Shown one piece after another: positions 1-9,339 of a stretch of 64,000 bases of DNA (within the stretch, counting starts at the first letter, position 1; every line of letters begins with the position of its first letter). The translations under genes and the position numbers were made by a program. Below the pieces are notes generated by a model, which saw only the letters and a program-made list of their open reading frames with translations, had not been told where the DNA came from and made no database searches. The DNA is from Escherichia phage vB_EcoS_HZ_ZJUN2, in sequence record PP216084; one strand, given 5' to 3'.

Positions 1-692
1 TGCTACGTATTTCTAGTGGAGTAGTTATTGGAACTCCTAATGGCGACGTAGATATTGGTACTGGGATGCAGGGTAAACAAACAGTATTTGTTTATAAGTT
101 AGCAACATCTCTACCCGCTAAACCACTAGAACAAGATTACCCACCTCCTGGTTGGTCTAAAACCCCACCTAACCGCACAGATATGACTCAAAATATTTAT
201 GCGACTACAGGTACACTTGACCCAGTAACTAATAAGCTACTTACGGGTACTAGCTGGTCTGACGTAGTTCAATGGAGTGGTACTGAAGGTACTATAGGTG
301 CAGATGGGCAAAGAGGTCCTGGCATGTATTCTTTAGGTATTCCAGGTCTTGGAGGCTGGGATGATGGACAAGCTAACGCCTTCTTCCAGAATAACTTTGG
401 TAGTCCACCAGTTAGATATGATGTATTGACTGAGTTTAATAGTAATGCTCCGCAATCTGCATTTACTCGTCAATGGAATGGTTCCAGTTGGATTAACCCT
501 GCAATGGTTCTTCATGGCAACATGATTGTTAATGGAACTGTGACTGCTGATAAGATTGTGGCAGGAAATGCCTTCTTATCACAAATCGGTGTTAATATAA
601 TCTATGATAGAAATGCCGCGTTATCAGGGAACCCTGAAGCATACTACAAGATGAAGATAGACCTAAATAGTGGGTATATCCATATAAGGTAA
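1..692 (+). CDS. tail structural protein, C-terminal part (5' end lies outside the window)
   Basis: Reading frame of the ATG at 66 stays open back to nt 3, so the gene starts upstream; Gly/Thr/Asn-rich fibre-like sequence; directly precedes the fibre genes. Confidence 0.5.
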   Translation, partial: LRISSGVVIGTPNGDVDIGTGMQGKQTVFVYKLATSLPAKPLEQDYPPPGWSKTPPNRTDMTQNIYATTGTLDPVTNKLLTGTSWSDVVQWSGTEGTIGADGQRGPGMYSLGIPGLGGWDDGQANAFFQNNFGSPPVRYDVLTEFNSNAPQSAFTRQWNGSSWINPAMVLHGNMIVNGTVTADKIVAGNAFLSQIGVNIIYDRNAALSGNPEAYYKMKIDLNSGYIHIR

Positions 693-697
693 TTATA

Positions 698-1120
698 ATG
701 AGTACAGAAAACCGAGTTATTGATATTATTATTGATGAAAAAGTACCTTATGGTCTTATCATGCAATTTATGGATGTTGATGATAGTGTATATCCCCCAA
801 CAGAAGTTCCTGTTAACTTAACCGGATATTCACTCCGAGGAACTATTAAGTCTAGCTTAGACGAGAACGCCGAAGTTCTAGCTAACTTTAAAACTCGTGT
901 TATTGATGCTGCTCAAGGTGCTGCTGCAATTAGTCTTTCCGTTGCAGACGTTACTAATATTGGTGAAAAAGCATCTAAAGAACGTGATAAGTATAACCCA
1001 AGACAACGTTTTGCTGGTTATTATGATATCCTAATGACTCGTGATGTAATTGGCTCTGAAGTCAGTTCTTTCCGTATTATGGAAGGTAAAGTATACATCA
1101 GCGATGGAGTAACTCAATAA
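698..1120 (+). CDS. hypothetical protein; possible tail collar/fibre-associated protein (inferred from size and position only)
   Basis: 140-aa ORF with ATG and upstream AAGG; its stop overlaps the start of the next gene (TAATG). Confidence 0.45.
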   Translation: MSTENRVIDIIIDEKVPYGLIMQFMDVDDSVYPPTEVPVNLTGYSLRGTIKSSLDENAEVLANFKTRVIDAAQGAAAISLSVADVTNIGEKASKERDKYNPRQRFAGYYDILMTRDVIGSEVSSFRIMEGKVYISDGVTQ

Positions 1121-4100
1121 TGGCACTTAAAACTAAAATTATTGTACAGCAGATCCTGAACATAGATGACACTACAACTACTGCTAGTAAGTATCCTAAA
1201 TATACAGTAGTTTTAGGTAATTCTACTAGTTCTATTACTGCTGGTGAATTAACTGCTGCTGTAGAGGCCGCTGCAGGATCCGCTGCTGCTGCTAAAAATT
1301 CTGAAATAGCAGCTAAAGACTCTGAAAATAAAGCTAAAGATTCAGAAATTCAGGCAGGTATTCATGCTGATGCTTCTGAGGCTTCAGCAACCCAGTCTGC
1401 TGCTTCTGCTGCTGAATCTGAAAAACAAGCTAACTTATCTCAAAGTAGTGCTGAAAACTCTGCTGCTTCTGCCTTAGAATCTAAAAATTTTAGAGACGCT
1501 GCCGCACTTGCTGCTCAAAATGCAGAGCAGAGTAAGATTTTAGCAGATCAAGCTCAAAGAGCGGCAGAAGCTGCCCAGACAGCGGCTGAAACAGCTAGGA
1601 CTGGCGCTGAAACAGCAAAAGCTGGAGCAGATGCTGCTGCTACAACTGCTGGAGAACACGCTGCTGCTGCGAAACAATCAGAATTAAATGCTAAAACTTC
1701 TGAGACTAATGCTGCTAGCTCTGCTACAGAAGCGGGTGACAAAGCTATTGATGCTACTACTGAAGCAGATCGTGCTAAAGCTGAAGCAGATCGTGCAACT
1801 CAGATTGTTGATAGTAAACTTGATAAGGTAGATATTTCTGGCTTCATCAAAGTTTATAAGACTAAAGCAGAAGCCGATGCTGATGTTGGAAGTCGTGTAC
1901 TAGGGGAGAAGATCCTAGTATGGAACCAAACTGATTCAAAGTACGGATGGTATAAAGTAGCTGGAACTGCTGAAGCTCCTGTTTTAGAGCTAGTAGAGAC
2001 AGAGCAAAAGCTAGTTTCTATTAACAACGTTCGTGCAGATGACGCAGGTAACGTACAGATTACTCTTCCTGGTGGTAACCCCTCTCTATGGCTGGGTGAA
2101 GTTACTTGGTTCCCTTATGATAAGGATTCAGGTGTTGGCTACCCTGGTGTTCTTCCTGCTGATGGTCGTGAAGTTCTTCGAGTAGACTATCCAGATACTT
2201 GGGAAGCTATTGAGGCTGGCTTAATCCCTTCTGTTACCGAAGAACAATGGCAAGCAGGTGCAACTCTCTACTTCTCCACTGGTAATGGTACTACTACTTT
2301 CCGTCTACCTGATATGATGCAGGGGCAGGCTTTCCGTGCACCTACTAAGGGGGAAGAAGATGGTGGTGCTATCAAGGAACAAATCCCTTATATCACTACT
2401 GTGAATGGAATTAGTCCTGCTGACGATACTGGAGCTATTAAGCTCCCTTACGTGGCGATGGTTAATGGAACTATTATACCAGATGAGAATGGAAACCTAG
2501 CACTAGGTAACGTTGTTACTAAGAATGTTTGGAATGGCACTAATGGAGAAGTTCTGCTTCGCGGTGCTTTTGGTTTAGGTGGTGTTGGTATTACATTAAA
2601 TGAACCAGATCTAGTATCCTTCTTTAAAGCTATGAGGGCCTTTGGTTCTGGGTATTATCGCAACGATACTGGAGTTGAAGGCTTGCCCGCGTATTCTGCA
2701 GGTTTCTACTCTAGAACAGCAGATACTAACTCATTTATCTGTTCTGGGTATGGTAGTGCCGTAGTATTTGCAGCTGCAATCAATGATGCTATTTTAGATA
2801 GTGAAAACCCTATTGTTCATACTAATATTCTTTATGGTACTGTTAATAAGCCGGATCTAAATGGTGATACTAATGGAGTTCTTAGTGTTGGTAAAGGTGG
2901 TACTGGAGCTACCACAGTTAGTGCTGCTAAGAAAGCTTTAGAAGTTGGTGGAGTTTTCTGTAATGATAGCCCAGCTGATGCTGCTTTCAACTCTCTCCAG
3001 AGCCCTGCTGGTATTCATGAGTTTAGACTAACTAATGAGGGGTTATGGGGTGTATGGAAGAAGGAGGAAGAAACGGTAGCTGCGTTGCCTATAGGCTCTG
3101 GAGGTACGGGAGCTACTGATAAAGTTGCTGCACGTGATAACTTTGGATTGGGGTATCATAATACTCCTAGATTTACTGGGGTAGATCTATCTAACCCCGA
3201 AAGTATACCCTATAGTGGTATCCTTAACCTAAACAGGCTAAAGGAATCTGATCAAAATGTTATTACTCAGGGTAGAATCTATCATGAGATGCAATCAGGC
3301 TTGGCTAAAATTACCCTTCATATTAACAATACTTTAAATAGTGCAAACCGTTATATACAGTTTGTAGAAAATGGTGATTTAACTGGGCTACAGAATGTAC
3401 ATGCAGTTAACTACCTTGCAAGTGGTTATGTTACAGCCCAGGGATGGATCAAAGGCGGGGAAAAAATCTATATACAGCAAACAGGTGGTGGCAACAGGGA
3501 AATTAGTATGGCTGTACCTACTCCTAATAATGACCCTGGTGCTGGTTCTTGGGTTAACTTACTACAGGGTAACTGGTATAACGGTTACTGGCAAGTAGGT
3601 GGTATCCGTGGTAGTGGACAAGATTTAACCTGTCTTCGCATTGGTGTTAATAACGCTGGTACTGATTGGAAGGAATTCAATTTCTACAACACCTATGGTG
3701 GCCATATAACTGCTCCAAAAGGTTTTCGTGGTCAGTGTACTCAAGGATATTGGGGCTTAGAGTGGGATTACATGGGCGCTCCATTTCATGCAGAGTCTGT
3801 AACAAATAATGATGGTGGTTGGTCTCCTATAGTATCGGGAGGTTCTTTATCCGCTGGTGGATATCATTTAAGAATAGGCCTTGGCTGTATCTCTAATGGT
3901 AACACTGCATGGCCTGACGCTGCTCTTAAGTTAAATGGGGATGGCCAGTTCCACCGTTCATTCAACTTTAGAACAAACGGTAGCGTGTATACTTGGGGTA
4001 ATGATCCTTGGGGAGGTAACTATGACTTTGCTATGAACCCTTCTTCAGATAGAGATATCAAAAGAGATATTAATTATGATGATGGGTTAGCCTCCTATGA

Positions 4101-4470
4101 GAATATAAAGCAATTTAAACCTACCACATTTATCTATAAACTAGATAAGTATAATCGTGTACGCCGTGGTGTTATTGCTCAAGATCTTTATAAAATTGAC
4201 CCTGAGTACGTAAAACTGGTTCCTGGTTCCCCTATCATAGAAACTCCAGAACATCATTGCTGTGACGAAAAAACTGAGAACGTAGAAAGTAAGATCATTG
4301 ACTATGAGGATGATACTTTAGCTCTGGATATTAACCCAATTGCTATTGATACAGCTTTAGCAGTTCGTTACTTATCTCTAAAGTTCGAAGAGTCCCAGGA
4401 AGAACTGAAGTCCGTTAAGGCAGAACTGGCAGAGTTAAAAGCTCTAGTAGCCACTCTGGTAAATAAGTAA
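1120..4470 (+). CDS. ltfA: L-shaped tail fibre protein (LtfA-like) with C-terminal intramolecular chaperone domain
   Basis: 1116 aa; Ala/Glu/Ser-rich repetitive N-terminal shaft; beta-rich Gly/Asn-rich body; C-terminal ~100 aa (…DDTLALDINPIAIDTALAVRYLSLKFEESQEELKS…) typical of self-cleaving fibre chaperone domains. Confidence 0.75.
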   Translation: MALKTKIIVQQILNIDDTTTTASKYPKYTVVLGNSTSSITAGELTAAVEAAAGSAAAAKNSEIAAKDSENKAKDSEIQAGIHADASEASATQSAASAAESEKQANLSQSSAENSAASALESKNFRDAAALAAQNAEQSKILADQAQRAAEAAQTAAETARTGAETAKAGADAAATTAGEHAAAAKQSELNAKTSETNAASSATEAGDKAIDATTEADRAKAEADRATQIVDSKLDKVDISGFIKVYKTKAEADADVGSRVLGEKILVWNQTDSKYGWYKVAGTAEAPVLELVETEQKLVSINNVRADDAGNVQITLPGGNPSLWLGEVTWFPYDKDSGVGYPGVLPADGREVLRVDYPDTWEAIEAGLIPSVTEEQWQAGATLYFSTGNGTTTFRLPDMMQGQAFRAPTKGEEDGGAIKEQIPYITTVNGISPADDTGAIKLPYVAMVNGTIIPDENGNLALGNVVTKNVWNGTNGEVLLRGAFGLGGVGITLNEPDLVSFFKAMRAFGSGYYRNDTGVEGLPAYSAGFYSRTADTNSFICSGYGSAVVFAAAINDAILDSENPIVHTNILYGTVNKPDLNGDTNGVLSVGKGGTGATTVSAAKKALEVGGVFCNDSPADAAFNSLQSPAGIHEFRLTNEGLWGVWKKEEETVAALPIGSGGTGATDKVAARDNFGLGYHNTPRFTGVDLSNPESIPYSGILNLNRLKESDQNVITQGRIYHEMQSGLAKITLHINNTLNSANRYIQFVENGDLTGLQNVHAVNYLASGYVTAQGWIKGGEKIYIQQTGGGNREISMAVPTPNNDPGAGSWVNLLQGNWYNGYWQVGGIRGSGQDLTCLRIGVNNAGTDWKEFNFYNTYGGHITAPKGFRGQCTQGYWGLEWDYMGAPFHAESVTNNDGGWSPIVSGGSLSAGGYHLRIGLGCISNGNTAWPDAALKLNGDGQFHRSFNFRTNGSVYTWGNDPWGGNYDFAMNPSSDRDIKRDINYDDGLASYENIKQFKPTTFIYKLDKYNRVRRGVIAQDLYKIDPEYVKLVPGSPIIETPEHHCCDEKTENVESKIIDYEDDTLALDINPIAIDTALAVRYLSLKFEESQEELKSVKAELAELKALVATLVNK

Positions 4471-4474
4471 GAGT

Positions 4475-4500
4475 ATAGGGGAGTAATTCTCCCCTATTTA
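4475..4500 (+). terminator. hairpin between the two fibre genes (weak intrinsic terminator or attenuator)
   Basis: 9-bp stem ATAGGGGAG/CTCCCCTAT with 5-nt loop, followed by a short T-containing tract. Confidence 0.45.
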
Positions 4501-4513
4501 CTAAGGAAATACT

Positions 4514-6757
4514 ATGTCACGTAATTTAATGCCTAAATCTGGCGCAATGGCGCCTTACGTAGTAGTTAACAGAGACGCTGCAGTTGCAGGAGTATTCTCT
4601 GTTGATGGAGAGGCTGGTGCTGTTGTACTAACCTCCAAGTATCTTCAAATATCTAACTATACTATAGATAAAGAAGAATTAAATACTCGTTTAACTGGTA
4701 TTGATAGTTCCATTCAGAACAATGTAGAGGCTATTGGCAATATTAATACTGCAATTGGTAGTATTAATAGTACTCTCAATACTAAAGCTGCTAAAGGTGC
4801 TAATAATGATATTACAGAATTAAATGCGCTTACTAAGGCTATTACTATAGCTCAGGGTGGGACAGGTGCTAGCACTGCGGAAAATGCTAGAGTTAACTTA
4901 GAGCTTAATAGGTTTAAGCAGTTCCCCGGTGAAACTCTAGTATATAGTCCTTCTGCGACAAACTATCTTACTGTTGGTGAAGGTACTACATGGGGAGTTT
5001 ATAGCACAGCTTCTGGTACATTTATACCTTTACCTATTCAATCTGGTGGGACAGGTGCTAGTACTCCTGCGGAGGCCTTAACTAAGCTGCTAGATGGTAA
5101 ACCTCTAGCATTAGCCGCCGATGGTCAAGCACCTTATGATGCTGTTACTGTTCGTCAGCTAGCTAATATCTCAGGAGGAGGTGGTGCTAGCATGAGTGGA
5201 GTTATGAATAATCGTATCGGTGCTGTTGAATGGTTCAATGGTAACCGTACTAAACTGCCAGCCGGCTATATACCAGCAGATGGTCAGTTAGTTAGCCGTA
5301 CTGATGCTAAAACAGCAGATCTATGGTCTGCGGTATCTAGTGGTCTATTTTACTCTGTTTCCGACGCTTTATGGATTAATAGTGGGGATCCTGTTAGACC
5401 CTGCGCTTGGAGAGCTTCCTACTCTACTGGTGATGGTTCTACTACTTTCCGAGTTCCAGATCTTAACGGTACTCAGTTAAATAGTATTAAGCATTTATTT
5501 TTATCTGGTAGTTCAGGTGCTACTAATGAACCTTCGGCTAATCAGGTGTGGAATCAGGTTGCCCCTAATATTACTGGTAATTTCTACACTCATGGTAGTA
5601 ACGCAGATGCTGCAGATGCCATGGGGGCTTTTTATTTAAATGCTCAAGATACAGGTAGTTCATTTAATATAGGAGGTACAGATAAGGGAGACCACTTAGG
5701 ATTTTCGGCCTCTAGAAGTAGCAAGACATACGGTCGTGGTGTGGCTTACCAACCAGACCCTGGTGGTACCAGCCCTATTGGTGATCTATACCCTAACCAT
5801 GCAGCCGGTATTTGGATTATCCGTGCTAACGGTTCTTTTAACGCTGCTAGTACAGACTTTTCTTCTATTAATGCTGATGCCTCGGCTCCTGCAGTTAGTA
5901 CAACTGTATTAGGTGGTAAACTAACCTCTCAATACAGAGTGGGTGCAACAGATGCGTATAGGATGCGTATGTATGCTCAAGGTGCCTATGCGCGAAACTT
6001 AGTGGGTGTTATAGCTGTAGAAAACCAATTAGCAAGTGAGATAGATGTGGCCCACTTTAATTTCGGGTTAGATGGTGCAATTAGGTTGGGAAAAGCTATA
6101 GGAGGTTCTTCAACTTCTTTAGCTTATGGGTACACTCCTTTTAGAGCACAAGATTGGTGGAATACTTCCCCCTATGGAGCTTTTGTCCCTATTGTTGGTG
6201 GAGGTACAGGAGGGCCTGGAGGCGCTTGGAGAAGCTATACGGCTCTAGGTACACTTACTATGGGTAGTGATATTAACACTCACCCAAATGCAATGCTTAC
6301 ACAATGCTGGGATTACAATCTTAGTACTGGGGAATCCCCTAGTGGTAACACTGTTAGAAATACTATCTTTAATGGTACTAGTTATGATATTACTTTTGGT
6401 GATAATGCAGGTACTGTTAACTATATATTTAGTAAGTCTCCAATTTCAGATCGTAATAAGAAAAAGGATATTGAATCCTTAAGCACTTCCATTGCTCTGG
6501 AGAATATTAAGCAGATGGAGTATATCTCATTTAAGTACATATATGATAAAGGGAATCAGGTACGTAGAGGTTTTATCGCGCAACAACTAGAGGAGATTGA
6601 TAGTCAATATGTAAGAAAATACGAATCTTCCGACGGTTCTACTTCTCTGGCCCTAGATGAGAATGTGCTTCTATTAGATGCTTTGGCGGCAATTCAAAAT
6701 CTAAGTAATCAGATAGAGGAGCTAAAACTTCAGATAGCTGAGTTAAAGGCTAAGTAA
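4514..6757 (+). CDS. ltfB: second tail fibre protein (LtfB-like) with C-terminal intramolecular chaperone domain
   Basis: 747 aa; AAGGAAA RBS; Gly/Thr/Ser-rich; C-terminus (…STSLALDENVLLLDALAAIQNLSNQIEELKLQ…) is paralogous to the LtfA C-terminus. Confidence 0.7.
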   Translation: MSRNLMPKSGAMAPYVVVNRDAAVAGVFSVDGEAGAVVLTSKYLQISNYTIDKEELNTRLTGIDSSIQNNVEAIGNINTAIGSINSTLNTKAAKGANNDITELNALTKAITIAQGGTGASTAENARVNLELNRFKQFPGETLVYSPSATNYLTVGEGTTWGVYSTASGTFIPLPIQSGGTGASTPAEALTKLLDGKPLALAADGQAPYDAVTVRQLANISGGGGASMSGVMNNRIGAVEWFNGNRTKLPAGYIPADGQLVSRTDAKTADLWSAVSSGLFYSVSDALWINSGDPVRPCAWRASYSTGDGSTTFRVPDLNGTQLNSIKHLFLSGSSGATNEPSANQVWNQVAPNITGNFYTHGSNADAADAMGAFYLNAQDTGSSFNIGGTDKGDHLGFSASRSSKTYGRGVAYQPDPGGTSPIGDLYPNHAAGIWIIRANGSFNAASTDFSSINADASAPAVSTTVLGGKLTSQYRVGATDAYRMRMYAQGAYARNLVGVIAVENQLASEIDVAHFNFGLDGAIRLGKAIGGSSTSLAYGYTPFRAQDWWNTSPYGAFVPIVGGGTGGPGGAWRSYTALGTLTMGSDINTHPNAMLTQCWDYNLSTGESPSGNTVRNTIFNGTSYDITFGDNAGTVNYIFSKSPISDRNKKKDIESLSTSIALENIKQMEYISFKYIYDKGNQVRRGFIAQQLEEIDSQYVRKYESSDGSTSLALDENVLLLDALAAIQNLSNQIEELKLQIAELKAK

Positions 6758-6794
6758 AAGAAAACCCCAGTGGATTGTCCACTGGGGTTTTTTA
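6758..6794. terminator. bidirectional intrinsic terminator between the late (+) and early (-) blocks
   Basis: 11-bp stem AACCCCAGTGG/CCACTGGGGTT, A-run on the 5' side and T-run on the 3' side. Confidence 0.8.
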
Positions 6795-7067
6795 TTAATC
6801 TTTACTTCCTTTGATAATACCTAAGTTATACACGGCTAACATGGCTTTGAGAGTTGGATCTTGAGACTCATTACATAGGTTCAAGAATCCTTCTTCATCC
6901 CAATGTTCCACATTACCAAACATATCGACTTTAAGTACAATTTTGTTAAGATCAGGCTGAGCAACAGCCACATGATAGAAATTAGTAGGTTCAACTAAGT
7001 CTAAGCCTACCCCATTAGGGTCAACAAAATTATTTACTTCCTGAACTTCCAAATCCACCTTCTCCAC
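6795..7067 (-). CDS. hypothetical protein
   Basis: 90-aa ORF downstream of dUTPase; its 5' end overlaps the dut 3' end, so the true start is uncertain. Confidence 0.35.
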   Translation of the reverse strand: MEKVDLEVQEVNNFVDPNGVGLDLVEPTNFYHVAVAQPDLNKIVLKVDMFGNVEHWDEEGFLNLCNESQDPTLKAMLAVYNLGIIKGSKD

Positions 7068-7476
7068 GATCAGTCTCCTCTAGTTCGTCAACGATTTCAA
7101 AATTATGAGTTGAGTAGTGTGGCACTACTACTAGCTGACAAAGTCTTTCAAAATTCTCCAGAGTTTGAATTTCAGAACCATAGTTATAAAGGTTCATCTT
7201 AATAGTTCCACGATAGTCTGAGTCGATCACTCCTGCGGTATTTGCAATCATCAAATGACGTTTACCTAAAGAACTACGAGGAACTACCAAACCGAACCAA
7301 CCTCGCGGAATTTCCACCGCGACACCGGTGTCAATCATCAAGGATTTGCCTGGTGCAATAGCACGTAAATCTGCAGCAGGATTAGTACCAAAGAATGCTC
7401 GCAGGTCCATACCTGCGGCATCTTTGGAACCAATCTTAGGCATACAATCTGGATGAGTTAATTTAATTTTAATCAT
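7030..7476 (-). CDS. dut: dUTP diphosphatase (dUTPase)
   Basis: 148 aa; trimeric dUTPase motifs AGMDLRA, RSSLG and C-terminal RGEGGFGSSG. Confidence 0.8.
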   Translation of the reverse strand: MIKIKLTHPDCMPKIGSKDAAGMDLRAFFGTNPAADLRAIAPGKSLMIDTGVAVEIPRGWFGLVVPRSSLGKRHLMIANTAGVIDSDYRGTIKMNLYNYGSEIQTLENFERLCQLVVVPHYSTHNFEIVDELEETDRGEGGFGSSGSK

Positions 7477-8348
7477 TGTTCTGCAATCTCCAAAATATCT
7501 TTTGTAAACTTATCTAATACATCTTGACCTACAGCAGCAATAGCATCCACACAGTAGGTAGGTAAATCAACCAGAATTAGGTTTCGATAAAGCAATTCTT
7601 CCGAAGCATTTAAATTCTGTATATATTTCTGTTTTCCAGGCAATGGAAGCTGATCAATAATATCCAGAACGTTACCAAATTCACGAATAATATTATACCC
7701 GCGTTTTGCCCCAATACCTTCAACACCTCGGATATTATCCCCTAAATCACCCATAATTGCTTTCAAAGAGATAAACTGCTCTACATCGTCAACACTATGA
7801 TGCTCATACATATCACGAAGATGATATTCACGGCGTGTTGTGAAAGAGAAGCGAGAAACTTTATCTGTTAATAAAGTATCCCAGTCACCGTCTGTAGAAA
7901 TCAACCAAATGTGGTCATATAGATGCCCGATTAGCTTAACAATATAGGCTGCCATGTCATCTGCCTCTACACCACGAATAGTGAATGTTGGGAATGTAGT
8001 TTCACATAGTTCGAAAGCATCTTTCAAATACTCGAAGAACTGCTCATCTAACGCTTTCTCCTCTTCCGTACGCTGAGAGTATTTCTCATCTCGATTCCCT
8101 TTATACTCGGGGAGATGCTCCAGGCGGAATGCAGACTTCCCTTTATCTCCTAAAACTATTGTAGTTCTAGCAGAATAAGATTTTGCAAGAGACTGAATAG
8201 TGGAAACATAACTTGAGGCAAATGGTTTTTTACTATTGTTATGCTTGAAGCGAAAGCCTAAGTTAGTTCCATCGACAATCATTAGATTACGACGGGAAGC
8301 CATTTCAGCTTCCTCTTCTTCAATAAATTTTCCCCAGGATTTACTCAT
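7473..8348 (-). CDS. flap endonuclease / 5'-3' exonuclease (T5 D15-like)
   Basis: 291 aa; N-terminal MIVDGTNLGFRF motif of the 5' nuclease family; position next to dut as in T5. Confidence 0.85.
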   Translation of the reverse strand: MSKSWGKFIEEEEAEMASRRNLMIVDGTNLGFRFKHNNSKKPFASSYVSTIQSLAKSYSARTTIVLGDKGKSAFRLEHLPEYKGNRDEKYSQRTEEEKALDEQFFEYLKDAFELCETTFPTFTIRGVEADDMAAYIVKLIGHLYDHIWLISTDGDWDTLLTDKVSRFSFTTRREYHLRDMYEHHSVDDVEQFISLKAIMGDLGDNIRGVEGIGAKRGYNIIREFGNVLDIIDQLPLPGKQKYIQNLNASEELLYRNLILVDLPTYCVDAIAAVGQDVLDKFTKDILEIAEQ

Positions 8349-8830
8349 TATTTAATTAAGTCCTCAACAGATGCATGATGTAGCCACGGCTCAAATAAAC
8401 CAATTACGATTTCCATGTCTTTCTTATTTAACACCATATGGGTACGACTCATTAAGTTGTCAACCATCGGGTCTGAGCTATCCAAAGCTATTAACCACTG
8501 TCCTCTGTCTTTTTTGAATATTAATGCAGGTTTGGAGTTCATCTGCTCACCTTCACGTGAGCACTGCTGCCACCATTTCTCTAGGGTGGATTCGCCAACA
8601 TTAAATAAATTACTTGATATATTATCATCTTTATACCACTTAACTTCGAAGCAGTATTTACTAATGTGTCCGCTTTGTGGTGGAAGGTAGATGTCACCTT
8701 TCAGTCCGTGGCTCTGGCCAAAAGCACCAGAGCCAGGAACACGTTCCCACTCAAGACCTGTACGTTCACGTAAAATATCTCTTACCTGATATTCACCACG
8801 TTTACCCTTCTCTCTACTATCTACAGCCAT
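8348..8830 (-). CDS. putative PD-(D/E)xK nuclease (Holliday-junction-resolvase-like; D14-like by position)
   Basis: 160 aa; GKRGE…GDIYL…FEVKW pattern consistent with a D…E-x-K nuclease core. Confidence 0.5.
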   Translation of the reverse strand: MAVDSREKGKRGEYQVRDILRERTGLEWERVPGSGAFGQSHGLKGDIYLPPQSGHISKYCFEVKWYKDDNISSNLFNVGESTLEKWWQQCSREGEQMNSKPALIFKKDRGQWLIALDSSDPMVDNLMSRTHMVLNKKDMEIVIGLFEPWLHHASVEDLIK

Positions 8831-9339
8831 TATTCCTCTGGGAAATTTAATACTGCGAAATCACCGAAGTATTCTTTTGCTTTAATATCATATGCTTTGG
8901 CGGCCTCCTCTAGAGTATTAAAAGATCCTAAGTTCTCTCTAATACCAGTATTAGGGTTCTTAATTCTAGCCCTGGGTTTACCATCTCTACCGTTGGGGAA
9001 ATCTAAACCTTTATACTTAGTAGTCTTAGATCTAGAAGCTCTATTTTGGGCTTGCTGGGACTTAGAAGCATTACGTAAGTTATCTGGAGTATCATTTTGT
9101 CTATTTCTATCTTTATGATCCACTGAGTCTGCCCAGGTACCGTTTGTCATAAAGTAAATTAAATCGTATACTCTATATTCCGTCCCCTTAATACTTGTTC
9201 TATAATATCCATCTTTCGATAGGGATCCAACTCGAGACCCTCTTTTAGCTGATCCTACCGATTTTCTATAGAATAGAGTACCATCCCTAATTTCATACCT
9301 ATCCTGTAGGAACTCTATAGTTATATCTTGCTTTTTCAT
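8830..9339 (-). CDS. HNH homing endonuclease with AP2-like DNA-binding domain
   Basis: VDHKDRNRQNDTPDNLR HNH motif; C-terminal AP2-like segment (…LGSFNTLEEAAKAYD…FAVLNF). Confidence 0.75.
   Translation of the reverse strand: MKKQDITIEFLQDRYEIRDGTLFYRKSVGSAKRGSRVGSLSKDGYYRTSIKGTEYRVYDLIYFMTNGTWADSVDHKDRNRQNDTPDNLRNASKSQQAQNRASRSKTTKYKGLDFPNGRDGKPRARIKNPNTGIRENLGSFNTLEEAAKAYDIKAKEYFGDFAVLNFPEE

Noticed and set aside
1554-1742. Antisense 62-aa ORF inside the LtfA gene; similarly 3395-3598 and 6267-6482 nested ORFs
   Set aside because: Lie wholly within a long, well-supported fibre ORF and are low-complexity translations of its repeats
1250-1800. Highly repetitive GCTGCTGCT / GCAGCAGAA tract that could be mistaken for a repeat array
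   Set aside because: It is in-frame coding sequence for the Ala/Glu/Ser-rich fibre shaft; there are no spacer-repeat units, so it is not a CRISPR array or satellite
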